From: an uncultured Actinomycetes bacterium
GTDB lineage: Bacteria > Actinomycetota > Thermoleophilia > Solirubrobacterales > 70-9
Reading direction: 5' to 3'
NCBI GenBank assembly: GCA_963838745.1
Contig: CAWISJ010000004.1
Location: 56,571 to 120,570, forward strand
DNA length: 64,000 bases
The notes under the pieces: generated by a model
What the model was told of the DNA's origin: nothing
What the model saw: the letters and a program-made list of their open reading frames with translations, nothing else
Database searches by the model: none
Program-made: the position numbers and the translations under genes
In this document: piece by piece, positions 36,216 to 45,664 of the stretch
Layout: each line of letters begins with the position of its first letter
Numbering within the stretch: position 1 is the stretch's first letter

Positions 36216-36814
36216 TCGTCACCTGGCGGAGCGGCATCCGGATCGCCGTGATCGTCGTGCTGACGATCGTCCTACAGATCTCCTTCTTCTCCTACCTGAC
36301 CCTCTTCGGGACGACGCCGAACGTGATTCCGCTGGTGATCGTCTGCCTCGGCCTGCTGGGTGGTGCGATGGTCGGCGCGGTTTGCGGGTTCGCCGCCGGC
36401 CTGCTGCTCGACTCGGCGCTGTTGCAGACGCTCGGCGTCTCGTCGCTGGTCCTGCTCGGCGCCGGGTATCTGGCCGGCCGCTACCGGGAGGGGGCGGAGG
36501 TCTCCAACTCGCTGATCCCGCCGCTGTTGGCCGGAGCGCTGACCACCGCCACCGCGGCGGGCTTTGCCGCGATCCAGCTGATGCTGGGCGTCGACACGCC
36601 GGTCAGCCTTCTGGTCCTGCGGGAGGTCCTCATCCAGGGCCTGTTGGCGGTGGTGCTGATGATCCCGATCTACCCGCTGATCCGCTGGACCCTGCGCCGG
36701 GCGATCGTCGACGAGGTCGTGGCGCGCAGCGCCAGGACGGCAATCACCCCCGGGACGGCTCGTCCCGGACGCGCGCGGCCTCGACGCCTGCGGCGGATGG
36801 GGGCAATCCAGTGA
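36212..36814 (+). CDS. mreD: Rod-shape determining protein MreD
   Basis: Polytopic small membrane protein. ATGA overlap with mreC. Confidence 0.8.
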   Translation: MIVTWRSGIRIAVIVVLTIVLQISFFSYLTLFGTTPNVIPLVIVCLGLLGGAMVGAVCGFAAGLLLDSALLQTLGVSSLVLLGAGYLAGRYREGAEVSNSLIPPLLAGALTTATAAGFAAIQLMLGVDTPVSLLVLREVLIQGLLAVVLMIPIYPLIRWTLRRAIVDEVVARSARTAITPGTARPGRARPRRLRRMGAIQ

Positions 36815-38757
36815 TGTTCGGGGAGCGTGAACGGCCCCTGATGCCGGCGCAGTTCGCCCTGCGGGTGGCGATCCTCAGCGGCATCGCGCTGGTGATGTTC
36901 TCGATCATCTTCTTCCGGCTCTGGTACCTGCAGGTGCTGTCGGGCGACAAGTACCTGAAGCAGGCGGAGAACAACCAGGTCCGCGAGATCACGGTGCAGG
37001 CGCCGCGGGGCCAGATCATGGACCGCAGCGGTCACGTCCTGGTCGACAACCGGACCGCGCTGGCGCTCCAGCTCCAGCCCACCGAGCTGCCGCGCTCGCA
37101 CCGCAAGCGCCGCCAGGAGTTCGAGCGGCTGGGACAGCTTGTCGGCATGTCGGCCGACGAGATCTCCAAGCAGCTTCGCAAGCAGACCAGGGAGCTGCCC
37201 GCCAACCCGGTGACCCTGAAGCGCGACGTCGGCTACGACCTCATCTACTACCTGCGCGAGAACCAGGACGAGTTCCCAGGGGCCACGGTGCAGAGCGTGT
37301 ACGTCCGTCGCTACCCGAAGGGCACCCTCGCCGCTCACATCTTCGGCTACGTGCGCGAGGTCACCGAGGACCAGCTCAAGGAGCCTCGCTACCAGGGCCT
37401 GGTACCGGGCGACCAGGTGGGGCAGTCCGGGGTGGAGAACACCTACGACAATGTCCTGCGGGGCATCAACGGCATGACACGGGCCCAGGTGGATGCCTCC
37501 GGGCGCCCGACCGGAGGCGTGCTGAGCCGGACGCAGCCGCGGGACGGCGACAGCCTGCTGCTGACGATCGACGAGGGGGTGCAGGCGGCAGGCGAGGCGG
37601 CCCTGCACTCGTTCAGCACCCCGGGCGCCTTCGTGGCCATGAACGTGAAGAACGGGGAGATCCTTGGTTTGGGCTCATCCCCGACCTTCGACCCGTCGAT
37701 CTTCACCCGCCCGGTGATTCCGCAATCCACCTTCGACCAGCTGCAGTCGGACACGACCGGCGCCCCGCTCGCCGACCGAGCGACGCAGGGGCTCTACCCG
37801 ACCGGGTCGACGTTCAAGCCGATCACCTCGGTCGCTGCCCTGGAGAGCGGGGTCTTGACGCCGACGACGACGATCTACGACGGCGGCGTGTTCACGGTCG
37901 GGGGCCTCGACTTCAAGAACGCGGGGGGCAGCTCATACGGGTCGCTCCAGCTTCCCCAGGCCCTCCAAGTCTCCTCCGACGTCTTCTTCTACAACGTCGG
38001 CGCCGACCTCTACTACCACGATCAGGAGACCGGCAGCGACGAAACCCAGCAGCACTGGGCCTCGGAGCTGGGGATCGGCCGCCCGACGGGCATCGACCTG
38101 CCGGCCGAGTCCGCCGGGCTGCTGCCCACCCCCGAGTGGCGCGACCAGCTCTTCAAGGAGCACCAGACCGACCGGCCCTGGACGGTGGGCGACAACGTCA
38201 ACCTCGCGGTCGGCCAGGGCGACCTGCAGACCAACCCGCTGCAGATGGCGGTCGCGTACGCGGCGATCGCCAACGGCGGCGACGTGGTTCGGCCCCACGT
38301 GGGCATGGAGGTCCAGGACTCCAGCGGCCGCGCGGTACAGGAGATCGACCCGGCCCCGCAGCGCCATCTCGACATTGCTCCGCAGTACCGCACGGCGATC
38401 CTCGAGGGCATCCACATGGCGGCGCAGTCGCCGGGTGGGACGTCGTACTCGGTGTTCGGCAAGTTCCCGGTCCCGATGGCGGGAAAGACGGGTACCGCGG
38501 AGCGGTACCCGAATGAGGATCAGTCCTGGTACGTGGCGCTCGCTCCCTATCCCAACCCCCAGATCGTGGTCGCGGCCACGATCGAGCAGGGAGGCTTCGG
38601 GGTCGATGCCGCCGCCCCGGTCACGGAGAAGATCCTCGAGGCCTACTACAACACCAACAAGAGCGAGGCGAAGGCCGCCGGTGCGAAGGTTCCGAAGCGG
38701 GGCGGGATCAAGGTTCCGGCGGCTCCCAGTGCCTCGGCCGGGGGCGCCTACGAATGA
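36814..38757 (+). CDS. mrdA: Penicillin-binding protein 2 (elongasome transpeptidase)
   Basis: STFKP, SSD-like and KTGT motifs. The start ATG overlaps the mreD stop. Confidence 0.9.
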   Translation: MFGERERPLMPAQFALRVAILSGIALVMFSIIFFRLWYLQVLSGDKYLKQAENNQVREITVQAPRGQIMDRSGHVLVDNRTALALQLQPTELPRSHRKRRQEFERLGQLVGMSADEISKQLRKQTRELPANPVTLKRDVGYDLIYYLRENQDEFPGATVQSVYVRRYPKGTLAAHIFGYVREVTEDQLKEPRYQGLVPGDQVGQSGVENTYDNVLRGINGMTRAQVDASGRPTGGVLSRTQPRDGDSLLLTIDEGVQAAGEAALHSFSTPGAFVAMNVKNGEILGLGSSPTFDPSIFTRPVIPQSTFDQLQSDTTGAPLADRATQGLYPTGSTFKPITSVAALESGVLTPTTTIYDGGVFTVGGLDFKNAGGSSYGSLQLPQALQVSSDVFFYNVGADLYYHDQETGSDETQQHWASELGIGRPTGIDLPAESAGLLPTPEWRDQLFKEHQTDRPWTVGDNVNLAVGQGDLQTNPLQMAVAYAAIANGGDVVRPHVGMEVQDSSGRAVQEIDPAPQRHLDIAPQYRTAILEGIHMAAQSPGGTSYSVFGKFPVPMAGKTGTAERYPNEDQSWYVALAPYPNPQIVVAATIEQGGFGVDAAAPVTEKILEAYYNTNKSEAKAAGAKVPKRGGIKVPAAPSASAGGAYE

Positions 38758-39953
38758 TGGTCAGTGACGCCTATCCCCGCCCCTTCGACGAGCGCCGGCG
38801 CGTCGGCGCGGCCGAGCGTGGCGGCATCCTGGGGCTCGACCCTCTGCTGCTGCTCGCCACCCTCGGGCTGATCGCCTTCGGCATCTTCTCGCTGGCCAAG
38901 GTGACGGGCGGCGACGTCCCTCACGATCCCTACTACTACGTGATCCGGCAGGCGATCTACGCCGTGATCGGCGTTGCATTGATGCTGGCGATCGCCCGAG
39001 TCGACTACTCTCGTTTCAGGGAGCTACGTGTCGGCCTCTACACGGCGCTGATCGGCGGCATCATCCTGGTGCTGCTTCTGGGCCAGGCGACACGCGGCTC
39101 AAAGCGATGGATAGAGCTTCCCTTCTTCACATTCCAGCCCTCGGAGCTCGGCAAGGTGCTGCTGATCGCGGCCCTGGCCGGCTTCGCCATCGACCGGGCA
39201 CGCCGCGTCACCGAGCAGCAGCGCACCGCCCGCCTGATGCTGATGGGCTTCGTGCCGGCGATGATCGTGGCACTGCAGCCGGACCTGGGGACCGCGGTCA
39301 CCTATGTCGTGATCACGCTCGCGATCCTGTTCGTGGCCGGGATCCGCTGGACGCACTTCGCGCTGCTCGGCGTGCTGCTGGCCATGGCGGTCTCGGTGGT
39401 TTTGGTGATCTCTCCGGCGATCGGGCATCCGATCCTGAAGGACTACCAGCAGGAACGGCTGACGTCGTTCCTGAACCCGAGCTCCGACCCACGGGACGCG
39501 ACGTACCAGATAGATCAGTCGCTGATCGCGATTGGATCCGGCGCCAGGACGGGACGGGGAGCCGATTCGACACAGACGGAGAACGGCTTCGTCCCCGACC
39601 GCACCACCGACTTCATCTTCTCCGTCGTCGGAGAGCGGTTCGGCTTCGTCGGCGCCGCCTTCGTCCTATCCCTCTACGCCCTGCTCATCTGGAGGGGGCT
39701 GCGCATAATGACGCTTTCGAAGAACTTGTACGGGAGCCTGATAGCGGGTGCGATCGCCGCGATGTTCATGTGCCAGGTGTTCGTGAACGTCGGCGTCGCG
39801 ATCGGCATCATGCCGGTCACCGGCATCACGCTGCCGTTGCTGAGTTTCGGGGGGTCCTCCGTCGTCGTTACCCTGATGGCGGTCGGTCTCCTGCAGAGCA
39901 TCTACGTCCAAGCGCGGCTCACCGCCAAGAGCAGGGCGGATCTGCTCCGCTGA
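38754..39953 (+). CDS. rodA: Peptidoglycan glycosyltransferase RodA (SEDS family)
   Basis: 399 aa FtsW/RodA/SpoVE pattern. ATGA overlap with mrdA. Confidence 0.9.
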   Translation: MMVSDAYPRPFDERRRVGAAERGGILGLDPLLLLATLGLIAFGIFSLAKVTGGDVPHDPYYYVIRQAIYAVIGVALMLAIARVDYSRFRELRVGLYTALIGGIILVLLLGQATRGSKRWIELPFFTFQPSELGKVLLIAALAGFAIDRARRVTEQQRTARLMLMGFVPAMIVALQPDLGTAVTYVVITLAILFVAGIRWTHFALLGVLLAMAVSVVLVISPAIGHPILKDYQQERLTSFLNPSSDPRDATYQIDQSLIAIGSGARTGRGADSTQTENGFVPDRTTDFIFSVVGERFGFVGAAFVLSLYALLIWRGLRIMTLSKNLYGSLIAGAIAAMFMCQVFVNVGVAIGIMPVTGITLPLLSFGGSSVVVTLMAVGLLQSIYVQARLTAKSRADLLR

Positions 39954-39991
39954 GCGGATCTCGACCCAACTCTTGAGGTGAGGTGAGCTAA

Positions 39992-41953
39992 CTGAAAAAA
40001 CGCATACTGGTTTCAGTCGACGCAGGCGAGACCCGCGTCGCGGTGTTGGAGAGCAAGGGTTCGGCGCGACCAAGCGGTCGCCAAGGCGGGCGTCGTCCCG
40101 CCCGCGGCCGCGCAGCGCCCGGAGGCGCAGCCGAGGACGCTGCGCGTTCTGGTGCTGAATCGAACGGCGACTGGAAGGTCGCCGAGCTGTACGTGGAGCG
40201 CCGTGGCCAGCGGTCAATCGTCGGCAACATCTACAAGGGAGTCGTCGACAACGTCCTGCCCGGCATGGAGGCCGCCTTCGTGGACATCGGCCTGGAGCGA
40301 AACGGCTTCCTGCACGTGGACGAGATCGTGCTCCCCGGCGGCAAGCAGGCGCCGCGGCGAGGTCGTGGCCAGGGCCGGCGCATCGACGAGCTGATCAAGC
40401 CGCGCCAGGAGGTCCTGGTGCAGGTGGTCAAGGACCCGCTGAAGACGAAGGGCGCACGACTCTCTATGCAGCTGTCGATCGCCGGCCGCTACCTCGTCTA
40501 CATGCCGCAGGGAGCGGGGGTGGGGGCCAGTCGGCGGTTGTCCGACTCGGAGCGCGACCGCCAGCGCAAGCTGCTCCAGAACCTCAAGATCAGCGAGGGT
40601 GGTGTGATCGTCCGCACCGCGGCCCAGGGCGCTCGCAAGGCCGACTTCGAGCGCGACATCGATTACCTGCGCAAGCTCTACGAGGTGGTCCAGCGCCGCG
40701 CTGCCGAGGTCAAGGCGCCGGCGATGGTCTTCCAGGAGGCCGACCTTTCGATCCGCGTCCTGCGCGACGTGCTGGCCAAGGAGTTCGACGGGGCGATCAT
40801 CGACGACCCCAAGCAGCACCACCGGGCGACGAGCTTCTTCGAGCGCACCGCGCCGGAGCTGGTCTCGTCCGTGGAGCTGTACAAGGACCCCGCGCCTCTG
40901 TTCGAGCGCATGGGCGTGGAGGAGGCCTACCAGTCGGTGCTCTCACGCCGCGTCGACCTTCCCTCGGGCGGCTACATGATGATCGACTACGCCGAGGCCC
41001 TGACCGTGATCGACATCAACACGGGCAGCTTCACCGGCCGTGGCAAGGGCCGGCTGGAGGACACGATCACCCGGGTCAACGTGGAGGCCGCGGAGGAGGT
41101 GGTGCGCCAGCTCCGCCTGCGCGACATCGGCGGGATCATCGTCATCGACTTCATCGACATGGCGCGGGCGCGAAACCGTGACCAGGTCCTGAAGACGTTG
41201 CGCAAAGCGCTGGACGCCGACAAGACGAAGAGCTACGTGGTTGACGTCTCGCCGCTCGGCCTGGTCGAGATGACGCGCCAGAACGTCACCGACGGGGTGC
41301 GCGAGATCCTCACCAAGCGCTGTCCCACCTGTGACGGCGAGGGTGTGGTCGAGTCTGAGGAGACGGTTGCGATCCAGGTCGTGCGCCGGCTACGCGACCT
41401 GGTCGATGGCGGCCCCGACCGAGACGGCCCGGAGGCGTTCCTGGTGCGGGTCAATCCTCAGGTCGCAGGTGTGCTGCTGCGCGAGGACAGCCCCCTGCAC
41501 GAGCTCGAGGAGGCATCCGGCAGGCACTTCCACTTCGAGGGCGGCGACGCGCTGCCGCTCGACACCTTCGAGGTGGTGGAACGCGGCACGCGCGCCGAGA
41601 TCGAGGAGCGAGCGCTGCCGTTCCAGGTGGGAGAGGAGGTCCTGGTGCGGATCGAGGAGCCGCACATGTACAACGTCGACGATGCCGTAGCCCGGGTGGA
41701 TTCCTACATCGTCAGCATCACGGGCGGAGGGCCATTCGTTGGCGATCGCCGCCTGGTGCGGATCGAAAGCGTCGATCGCTCGGCGGCGACCGCGTCTCTG
41801 GTCGAGGCCGCGGGCGGGGCGGGCGACGGCAACGAGGGTGCGGAAGGGCAGACGGTAGAATCGCCGCCCTCCAGACGGCGCCGCGGCCGACGAGGCGGCA
41901 GGCGCCGTTCCCGCGCCAGGGCGTCGAATGGCTCCAAGTCCAATGGCGACTAG
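39992..41953 (+). CDS. rne: Ribonuclease E/G family endoribonuclease
   Basis: S1 domain IVGNIYKGVVDNVLPGMEAAFVDIG and catalytic DINTGSF. The conserved KKRILVSVDAGETRVAVLE lies upstream of the first GTG (40043). The best start is CTG 39992, after SD GAGGTGAGGTGAG. Confidence 0.85.
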   Translation: MKKRILVSVDAGETRVAVLESKGSARPSGRQGGRRPARGRAAPGGAAEDAARSGAESNGDWKVAELYVERRGQRSIVGNIYKGVVDNVLPGMEAAFVDIGLERNGFLHVDEIVLPGGKQAPRRGRGQGRRIDELIKPRQEVLVQVVKDPLKTKGARLSMQLSIAGRYLVYMPQGAGVGASRRLSDSERDRQRKLLQNLKISEGGVIVRTAAQGARKADFERDIDYLRKLYEVVQRRAAEVKAPAMVFQEADLSIRVLRDVLAKEFDGAIIDDPKQHHRATSFFERTAPELVSSVELYKDPAPLFERMGVEEAYQSVLSRRVDLPSGGYMMIDYAEALTVIDINTGSFTGRGKGRLEDTITRVNVEAAEEVVRQLRLRDIGGIIVIDFIDMARARNRDQVLKTLRKALDADKTKSYVVDVSPLGLVEMTRQNVTDGVREILTKRCPTCDGEGVVESEETVAIQVVRRLRDLVDGGPDRDGPEAFLVRVNPQVAGVLLREDSPLHELEEASGRHFHFEGGDALPLDTFEVVERGTRAEIEERALPFQVGEEVLVRIEEPHMYNVDDAVARVDSYIVSITGGGPFVGDRRLVRIESVDRSAATASLVEAAGGAGDGNEGAEGQTVESPPSRRRRGRRGGRRRSRARASNGSKSNGD

Positions 41954-41976
41954 CTGCTCCAATGGCCACTAGCTAC
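41939..41976 (+). repeat. 19-nt tandem duplication spanning the rne stop and the rplU start
   Basis: TCCAATGGCGACTAGCTGC / TCCAATGGCCACTAGCTAC, 17 of 19 identical. Confidence 0.85.
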
Positions 41977-42519
41977 GCGATAGTCGAAACAGGCGGCAAG
42001 CAGTACCGCGCCGAAAAGGGCGCCAGCCTGTTGGTCGAGCACCTGCCGGCCGAGGAGGGCGCGAAGGTCAACCTGCGCGCGGTGATGTATCGGGGCGACA
42101 AGCAGGTCGTGCTGGACGGCAAGGAGCTCGACAAGGTGAAGGTGGAGGCGGTGGTGGCCCAGCACCTGCGCGGCCCGAAGCTGCGGATCTTCAAGTACAA
42201 GCCGAAGAAGGGCTACCGCCGCCGCGCCGGGCACCGCCAGGAGCTGACCAGGCTGGAGGTCACCGACGTGCGGCTCCTGACCCGAAAGCCGGCGGCGAAG
42301 GGCGAGGCGGAGCCGGCCGAGACGAAGCCCGCCGCCAAGCCAAAGCCGGCGCCGAAGGCCAAGCCCGCGGCGAGCAAGCCGGCGACCAAGAAGCCCGCGG
42401 CCAAGAAGCCGACGGCCAAGAAGCCGACGGCCAAGAAGCCGGCCGCCAGCGGCAAGTCCCAGACAGCGCGCGGCACTTCCTCGACCGCGCGCCGCTCGTC
42501 ATCTGCTAAGAAGAGTTAG
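41962..42519 (+). CDS. rplU: 50S ribosomal protein L21 with a roughly 80-aa Lys/Ala/Pro-rich C-terminal extension
   Basis: [12 protein letters not shown]...[16 protein letters not shown], then [13 protein letters not shown] repeats. Confidence 0.95.
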   Translation: MATSYAIVETGGKQYRAEKGASLLVEHLPAEEGAKVNLRAVMYRGDKQVVLDGKELDKVKVEAVVAQHLRGPKLRIFKYKPKKGYRRRAGHRQELTRLEVTDVRLLTRKPAAKGEAEPAETKPAAKPKPAPKAKPAASKPATKKPAAKKPTAKKPTAKKPAASGKSQTARGTSSTARRSSSAKKS

Positions 42520-42521
42520 TC

Positions 42522-42776
42522 ATGGCGCACAAGAAGGGACTCGGCTCCAGCCGCAACGGGCGCGACTCGAACCCCAAGTACCTTGGGGTGAAGATCTTCG
42601 CCGGCCAGCAGGTCGGCGGGGGCGAGATCATCGTGCGCCAGCGCGGCACCCGCTTCCGCCCCGGCGACGGCACCGGCCTGGGACGCGACCACACGATCTT
42701 CGCCACCCGCGCCGGCGTGGTCGAGTTCCAGCAGACCCACAAGGGCCGCATCGTCTCGATCGCGCCACCCGACTAG
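42522..42776 (+). CDS. rpmA: 50S ribosomal protein L27
   Basis: [24 protein letters not shown]. Confidence 0.95.
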   Translation: MAHKKGLGSSRNGRDSNPKYLGVKIFAGQQVGGGEIIVRQRGTRFRPGDGTGLGRDHTIFATRAGVVEFQQTHKGRIVSIAPPD

Positions 42777-42812
42777 GCACCGAAGGAAGGCGTTCGCTGC
42801 ACATCAGCGTGG

Positions 42813-42851
42813 TTGAAGACTTTGGGGGCCTATAGCCCCCAAAAGTCTTCA
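42813..42851. repeat. Palindromic hairpin element, copy 2
   Basis: TTGAAGACTTTGGGGGCC-TATA-GCCCCCAAAAGTCTTCA forms a 15-bp stem with one bulged A. Lies 37 nt after the rpmA stop. Confidence 0.7.
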
Positions 42852-42922
42852 GCGAGCGTCACCTTCGCCCGCCCGCCTCCCTACCCAGCCTCTCCCATCC
42901 GCCCAGACCCTAATCTCGTCGG

Positions 42923-44221
42923 GTGCTCTACGACAAGGCGAAGATCTACGTGGAGGGTGGGCGCGGCGGCGACGGCTGCGTGAGCTTTCGCCGCGAGGCC
43001 CACGTGCCCCGCGGCGGCCCCGACGGGGGAGACGGGGGGCGCGGGGGAGACGTGGTGCTGGTCTGTGACGCTTCGCGGCGAGATCTCGCCTCGCTTCATC
43101 GTGCCCGCCACTTTCGCGCCGGCCGGGGCGGTCACGGGAGAGGAAAGCAGCAACACGGCCCACGGGGCCCGGACAAGGAGATCCTGGTCCCGCCCGGCAC
43201 GGAGGTCGATGGTCTCGGGGGCCGCCGCTACGACCTGGTCGAGACGAGTCAGCGCGCGGTGGTGGCGTCTGGGGGGCTGGGCGGCCACGGCAACAAGCGC
43301 TTCGCCAGCTCCACCCGCCAGACGCCGCGGTTTGCCGAGCAGGGGGTGGAGGGCGAGTCTGGGTGGGTCGAGCTGCGGCTGAAGCTGCTCGCCGACGCGG
43401 GCCTGGTGGGCCTGCCCAACGCCGGCAAGTCGTCGCTGCTGCGACGGCTGACACGGGCGGCGCCGAAGGTCGCCGAGTACCCGTTCACGACCGTCGAGCC
43501 GGTCCTCGGGACGCTCGAGACGGAGGACCGTCAGCTGGTGCTCGCCGACATCCCCGGCCTGATCGAGGGCGCCGCCCAGGGCGCCGGGCTGGGACACGAG
43601 TTCCTCGCCCACGTGGAGCGCTGCCGGGTGCTGGTCCACCTGATCGAGATCGCGGGCGAGGATCCCGCCGCCGCCTACGAGGCGGTGCGGGGGGAGCTGC
43701 GCGGCCATGGTTCGGGGCTCGAGCTGCTGCCGGAGCTGGTCGTGCTCTCGAAGCAGGACCTGGTGCCCGGCGATCAGGCCGAGAGGGCGGTGTCGGAGTG
43801 GAGCGATCGGCTCGGCGAGACGACGCTGGGCGTGCTCGCGGTTTCCTCGGTAAGCGGTGCGGGGATCGAGGCGCTCGGGCGAGCGATCCTCGAGGCGGTG
43901 CCCGAGGAAGAGGGAGCGGCGACGGCCGCTCCAGCGGCCGTCGCCGCTCCCGAGTTCGAGGCGGAGCACATCGTCTATCGGCCAGGCGGCCAGCAGGGCT
44001 TCGACGTGCAGCGGGTCACCGATGGCGTGTTCGAGGTTCGGGGTCGCGGGATCGAGCTTCTGGTTCGGCGCCACGACCTCGAGAACCCGGAGGCACTGGC
44101 CTATCTCGAGCAGCGCCTGAGAGAGATCGGGGTGATCGCCGCCCTGCGCTCGGCCGGCTTCGAGCCGGGCGACGAGGTGCGGATCGGCGAGGCGGCGTTC
44201 GAGCTCGATCCGGCTGGCTAG
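42923..44221 (+). CDS. obg: GTPase Obg/CgtA
   Basis: GGRGGDGCVSFRRE..VPRGGPDGGDGGRGG and GLPNAGKSS. Confidence 0.95.
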   Translation: MLYDKAKIYVEGGRGGDGCVSFRREAHVPRGGPDGGDGGRGGDVVLVCDASRRDLASLHRARHFRAGRGGHGRGKQQHGPRGPDKEILVPPGTEVDGLGGRRYDLVETSQRAVVASGGLGGHGNKRFASSTRQTPRFAEQGVEGESGWVELRLKLLADAGLVGLPNAGKSSLLRRLTRAAPKVAEYPFTTVEPVLGTLETEDRQLVLADIPGLIEGAAQGAGLGHEFLAHVERCRVLVHLIEIAGEDPAAAYEAVRGELRGHGSGLELLPELVVLSKQDLVPGDQAERAVSEWSDRLGETTLGVLAVSSVSGAGIEALGRAILEAVPEEEGAATAAPAAVAAPEFEAEHIVYRPGGQQGFDVQRVTDGVFEVRGRGIELLVRRHDLENPEALAYLEQRLREIGVIAALRSAGFEPGDEVRIGEAAFELDPAG

Positions 44222-45639
44222 AGCCGGCGGGCCAGCTCGAGCAGGACATCCACGAGCGCGTCCACGTCCTCGGTGCGGGTTCGCCAGTTGACGATCGCCG
44301 GCCGAAAGGCGACCTTGCCCTCGAACATGGTTGTGCCCGCGAACACCCGGCCGTCGCGGAGCAGCAGGTCGCCGAGGCGTCGGTTGAGCTCGTCGAGCTG
44401 GTCCTCCGCTGCGCCCTCCGGACGCCATCGAAAGCAGACGATGTTGAGCGGGGCCTCGGCGAGGCGCTCGAGCTGCGGCTCGGCGTCCACCCGGGCGGCG
44501 AGGTGCTGGGCCAGGTGGAGGTGGCGCTCCACCAGCTGCCGGTAGCCGCTGCGCCCGTAGGCGCGAAGGGTGGCCCAGATCGCGAACGCCCGCGCACGCC
44601 GGGAGCCCTCCGGCCCCAGGAAGCCCCAGCTGGGATGCGCATCGTCGGCCGTCCCCAGGTACGCGGCCTTCTCGGCAAAGGTGGCCGCCAGGCGCCGCGG
44701 CTCGCGCAGGAAGGCGAAACCGCAGTCGTGAGGCACGTTCAGCCACTTGTGGCCATCCGCGGAGACCGATTGGGCCCGCTCGGCGCCGGCGGCCAGGTGG
44801 GCCGACTTCGGCGACACGCGCGCGAACAGCCCGAAGGCGCCGTCGACGTGGAGCCACGCCCCGTGCTCCTCCGCCAGGTCGGCCATCTGGTCGATCGGGT
44901 CGAAGTCGCCGGTGTTGACCTCGCCGGCGTTTGCGACCACGATTGCCGGCCCCTCCCCGAGCTCGGCGAGGCCCTTGTCGAGCGCGTCGAGGTCGAGGCG
45001 GCCGGCTGCGTCACGGGTCAGCTTGCGCACGTTGGCGCTGCCGATCCCGAGCATCGCCAGCGACTTCACGGCGCTCGCGTGGAGGTAGCCGCTGGAGAAG
45101 ACGGGGATCTGCGGCATGCTCGCCAGTCCCACCTCGGGGGTGCGCTCGCCTCGTCGCTCGCCGCACCAGTCGCGGGCGACGGCGAGGCAGGCGAAGTTCG
45201 CCATCGTGCCGCCCGTCACCAGCACGCCGCCGAACTCGGGCGGAAGCTCGAACAGGTCGCGGAGCCAGTCCAGGCAGACGGTTTCGAGACGGGCGGCGAG
45301 AGGCGAGGCAACCCAGGCTCCGGCGTTCTGGTCGAGGGCAGAGGTCAGCCAGTCGGCCGCCAGGGCGGCGGGCGTCGCGCCGCCGATCACGAAGTGGAAG
45401 AAGCGGGGGCCGGCCGAGCGGGTCGCCGTCTCGCGACCGAGCCGCGCCAGGTCGGTGACGGCCGCGTGGGCGCTGGCGCCCTCCTCGGGAAGCGCGCCGC
45501 CGAGCTGCATGACGGCCTCCTCGCTGCCGCTCGGTTGCACCGGGTCGCGGTCGACCTCGGCCAGGAAGGCGCGGGCCTCGGAAGCGGCCAGCTCGAGAGC
45601 CTGTTCGAGCTCGGCGCGCGTATCCCCGGGGTCAGCCAT
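44218..45639 (-). CDS. Pyridoxal-dependent (group II) amino-acid decarboxylase family protein
   Basis: GGTMANF...SVSADGHKWLNVPHDCG. Start set at Met 45639. The 507-aa ORF would overlap the proB start. Confidence 0.8.
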   Translation of the reverse strand: MADPGDTRAELEQALELAASEARAFLAEVDRDPVQPSGSEEAVMQLGGALPEEGASAHAAVTDLARLGRETATRSAGPRFFHFVIGGATPAALAADWLTSALDQNAGAWVASPLAARLETVCLDWLRDLFELPPEFGGVLVTGGTMANFACLAVARDWCGERRGERTPEVGLASMPQIPVFSSGYLHASAVKSLAMLGIGSANVRKLTRDAAGRLDLDALDKGLAELGEGPAIVVANAGEVNTGDFDPIDQMADLAEEHGAWLHVDGAFGLFARVSPKSAHLAAGAERAQSVSADGHKWLNVPHDCGFAFLREPRRLAATFAEKAAYLGTADDAHPSWGFLGPEGSRRARAFAIWATLRAYGRSGYRQLVERHLHLAQHLAARVDAEPQLERLAEAPLNIVCFRWRPEGAAEDQLDELNRRLGDLLLRDGRVFAGTTMFEGKVAFRPAIVNWRTRTEDVDALVDVLLELARRL

Positions 45640-45664
45640 CGGCCCGCATGCTAAGACTGGCGCC

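Noticed and set aside
42881-44857. 658-aa minus-strand ORF
   Set aside because: It is antisense to obg and partly out of frame with the decarboxylase. It has the Arg/Pro/Gly-rich composition typical of shadow ORFs in high-GC DNA.
43363-45654. 763-aa plus-strand ORF
   Set aside because: It is an off-frame shadow across obg and antisense to the decarboxylase. It is Arg/Gly-rich with no motifs.
45116-45664. N-terminal extension of the proB ORF (also 46773-47345 for proA, 36382-36813 for mrdA, 34158-34280 for mreB, 59165-59395 for holA)
   Set aside because: The extensions overlap neighbouring genes and have junk composition. Homology-consistent Met codons lie downstream.
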